DNA of 57,171 bases. Origin: a bacterium (GTDB taxonomy: Bacteria; UBP7; UBA6624). Positions 54,846 through 57,171 of this stretch are shown here, in pieces. Both the position numbers and the translations under genes were made by a program. How positions within the stretch are numbered: the first letter of the stretch is position 1; each line of letters begins with the position of its first letter. The notes below the pieces were generated by a model. That model worked only from the letters and a program-made list of their open reading frames with translations, did no database searches and was not told where the DNA came from. The stretch is taken from NCBI GenBank assembly GCA_014384545.1, contig JACNFQ010000052.1, positions 1-57,171 of the forward strand, given 5' to 3'.

Positions 54846-55919
54846 ATGAAGGTCTCATTCTTGTCTGAACGGATGCTTCCGGGCTTGGGGATGGATCGCT
54901 TGGTCCATTCGTACGCCTCGTTCTTGGCTCAAGATGGGCATGATGTCAGATTACATACCCCCGAAGCTTCCCTCGATCTAGTACCCTCTGGCCTAACCCA
55001 CACCCCCCTCCCCCCCATCCGGTCGCGCCGTGCTCCGATTCAAGACTGGGAAGTTTGGGGAGCTTTGCCTGCTCTGCCCACCTCTAAAGAGAGACATTGG
55101 GTCTTGGCGACCCCCCCCTATACATCTCTGTCGGGCTTTCTGGGTGATACGACGATTCTCCACGGAGGAACGAGCCCTCCCACAGGATTGGGGTGGAAAG
55201 GGACTGCTACCTATTTGTGGCGAGAACTCTCTTCCTCTCTTGTCCATCTCCCCCTTGCTACACGAATCGTGACGCTCTCTAAGTTCCTTGCCAAAGGGTT
55301 GCCTGCTTCGGTCCATGGTGCCACCGCTATCATCCCCCCTGGGTGGGACCATTACCCTCTGAAAACCCGAGAAGAATCTGCCTTGATGCGGGAGCGCCTT
55401 TTGGGGGGAAGACAACACCTACTCTTGGTGATGGGGCGACTCAACGCAAAGTATCAACCCTATAAGGGTCTCCTTGATATTCTTAGAATTGTTCGTTCCC
55501 TCCCCCATGTGCGCTTAGCCGCTTCTGGTTGGGGCGACGATCGAGATGGGTGCGCGCTACAACACGCTGGGGTTGCTGTCCTCCCCCAACACCCCTCCGA
55601 AGATATGGGCAACCTTATTGGTGCAGCAGACTTGGTGGTCATGGCTAGCCGGTGGGAGGGATACGGGTTGCCCGCAGCCGAAGCCCAGTTCCAAGGTGTC
55701 CCTGTTATTGCGCTCAACCGTGGCGCTCTCTCCGAGGTGGTCCATCAGGGTGTTTCTGGGATGTTGGTTGATGATGTCCAAGGACTAGCCGATGGGATTC
55801 GCAACCTTCTAGACGAACCCCAACGGCGCAAGGAAATGGGTTTGGCGGGGCAAGAGCGTGCCCAATCAAGAACTTGGGCTCATGCTGCAGCGACCTTCTC
55901 CTCTTTCCTATTCTCCTAA
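54846..55919 (+). CDS. glycosyltransferase family 4 (GT-B, RfaG-like)
   Basis: 357 aa with the C-terminal motif ASRWEGYGLPAAEAQFQGVPVIA...GALSEVV. Confidence 0.8.
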   Translation: MKVSFLSERMLPGLGMDRLVHSYASFLAQDGHDVRLHTPEASLDLVPSGLTHTPLPPIRSRRAPIQDWEVWGALPALPTSKERHWVLATPPYTSLSGFLGDTTILHGGTSPPTGLGWKGTATYLWRELSSSLVHLPLATRIVTLSKFLAKGLPASVHGATAIIPPGWDHYPLKTREESALMRERLLGGRQHLLLVMGRLNAKYQPYKGLLDILRIVRSLPHVRLAASGWGDDRDGCALQHAGVAVLPQHPSEDMGNLIGAADLVVMASRWEGYGLPAAEAQFQGVPVIALNRGALSEVVHQGVSGMLVDDVQGLADGIRNLLDEPQRRKEMGLAGQERAQSRTWAHAAATFSSFLFS

Positions 55920-55937
55920 GAGACTAGGATATTCGTA

Positions 55938-57020
55938 ATGACTTTCACCTTTCTCTTTATTCTCCTCAATATGGGGTGGAATCTAGAAGAAGAGAGCAAA
56001 CTTATCCAATCTGATCTTTCCGAGATTAGGGGGCTCCCTTTCTTGAGAGATGTCGCCGTTGCTTCAATCAACACAGAAGGATTCCTAGACTACGCTAGGA
56101 GGCGGATGGAAATGGAAAACAGCCCCGAAGAGCAAGCCTCTTGGGAAGTGGCAGCATCCTTGCTGGGGTTGTTGCCTCCTCAAACAGATATCGAAGCTGA
56201 AACTCTCTCACTCCTTGAAGAACAAGTGGGGGGCTTCTACGACCCTCCTACCGAAACGATGTATGTGATGGAGGGGTTTGAGGGGGGGGTGGCAAGAATG
56301 ATTCTTGCCCACGAACTGACCCACGCTCTAGATGACCAACATTACGGATTAGATGAGGGGATTGAGGCACGCCAGGGGAATAGTGATGCCCTCTTTGCCT
56401 ACCAAGCAGTCGTTGAGGGGAGTGGCGTAGCGATGATGACGCGGTGGATGATCGCTCATATTACAGAGCTTTCTAGGGAGGATCTCCAAGAAGCTCAGGG
56501 TGCTGGGAGTGCCGGTTTTGGAACGGCGCCACCCCTCCTATGGAAACCCCTAATAGCGGTCTATATGGCGGGCGACCTCTTCCTAAAAGCAGGACCGAAT
56601 GCCCCTCATACGATGATGAAACAAGCTGTGGGCGAAGATATCGATACAGCCCTAGAAACACCTCCTCTCTCTTCTGAGCAGATTCTTCACCCAGAGAAGT
56701 ATTGGAGCGATGAAGAGAGAGACGATCCTGTGGTCGTCCAATGGGATGCTTCAAGATTGCTCGCGGGCTGGGCCGTTGTGGGTGAAGATACCCTAGGCGA
56801 GATTCTCCTTGCCCTTCTAACGACATCACCAGACCAAGGGGGCGGGTTTGATCCCAACAACCCCCTCTCACTTCTTCGTCTCCGCTTTACCAACGACGCT
56901 GCAAAAGGGTGGGGAGGAGACCGATACATCCACATCCAACGAGGGGAGGAACACGCCCTTCGACTCCATACAGTCTGGGATACACCCAAAGACGCGGCGG
57001 AATTTGGTGTTGCATTATAA
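55938..57020 (+). CDS. HExxH-motif putative metallopeptidase (MA-clan-like)
   Basis: 360 aa with ILAHELTHALDDQHY (HExxH) and a hydrophobic N-terminus. It ends at a TAA that is in frame with the next ORF. Confidence 0.55.
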   Translation: MTFTFLFILLNMGWNLEEESKLIQSDLSEIRGLPFLRDVAVASINTEGFLDYARRRMEMENSPEEQASWEVAASLLGLLPPQTDIEAETLSLLEEQVGGFYDPPTETMYVMEGFEGGVARMILAHELTHALDDQHYGLDEGIEARQGNSDALFAYQAVVEGSGVAMMTRWMIAHITELSREDLQEAQGAGSAGFGTAPPLLWKPLIAVYMAGDLFLKAGPNAPHTMMKQAVGEDIDTALETPPLSSEQILHPEKYWSDEERDDPVVVQWDASRLLAGWAVVGEDTLGEILLALLTTSPDQGGGFDPNNPLSLLRLRFTNDAAKGWGGDRYIHIQRGEEHALRLHTVWDTPKDAAEFGVAL

Positions 57021-57026
57021 ACTGCG

Positions 57027-57171
57027 ATGCCTCTTGTCAGCAGGGTGTGGGGGGACGAATCGGGGTTTGGATACTCCCTTCTACGAGAAGGTGGCGGGGG
57101 TGTGTCCTTGCTCGTTGGTTGGACGGATGCCCCCGCTCAAGCACGGGACGCCCTAGAGGCGCTTGTGGCCA
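57027..57171 (+). CDS. open reading frame running off the window, in the same frame as the preceding gene
   Basis: ATG 57027 and then no stop to the window end (MPLVSRVWGDESGFGYSLLREGGGGVSLLVGWTDAPAQARDALEALVA...). It is separated from the upstream ORF only by TAA plus 2 codons. Confidence 0.3.
   Translation, partial: MPLVSRVWGDESGFGYSLLREGGGGVSLLVGWTDAPAQARDALEALVA

Noticed and set aside
1-57171. Prophage, integrative element or transposon content.
   Set aside because: I recognised no integrase, transposase, recombinase, phage structural gene or terminal repeat. The only hints of horizontal events are the truncated esterase at 26.2-26.5 kb and the chimeric fragment at 46.2 kb.

Overview
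Densely coding chromosomal segment of about 60 genes on both strands, from a bacterium with a Gram-negative-type envelope (heptose, Kdo and lipid A genes are present). I recognised no rRNA, tRNA, CRISPR array, transposase or integrase. Most of the window is housekeeping: ribF'-rpsO-ctc-pth; split transketolase-transaldolase-pyrG; hldE-gmhB-kdsA with an LpxL-like acyltransferase; metG; and a Bacillus-like ribosomal cluster on the minus strand (rpsP-KH-trmD-rplS-lepB-ylqF-rnhB-lepB). The stretch I rate most worth a second look is 19.0-26.0 kb. It is a tightly packed, co-directional run of porin-like OMP, Rieske protein, cytochrome b, a membrane-anchored octahaem HAO-like cytochrome c, NapA, and a lipoprotein made of two fused NapB units. 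No napC, napGH, napF or separate napD is present. This suggests a periplasmic nitrate (and possibly nitrite) respiratory module wired directly to a Rieske/cyt b complex. Other notable items: (1) a NurA-like/HerA-like pair with a deviant P-loop, embedded in a housekeeping gene run. (2) An orphan Cas4-like Fe-S PD-(D/E)XK nuclease with extra terminal domains, abutting a truncated, frameshifted esterase gene. (3) A 1273-aa lipoprotein with 10 tandem two-cysteine repeats, including a 2 x 519-nt higher-order duplication and a duplicated C-terminal module, plus a displaced fragment of its repeat fused to a TPR unit 600 nt downstream. (4) A stand-alone SRP54 M-domain-like ORF where ffh normally sits. 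(5) A 1164-aa S8 protease lipoprotein. All functional calls come from reading motifs in the translations by eye. No database search was possible.
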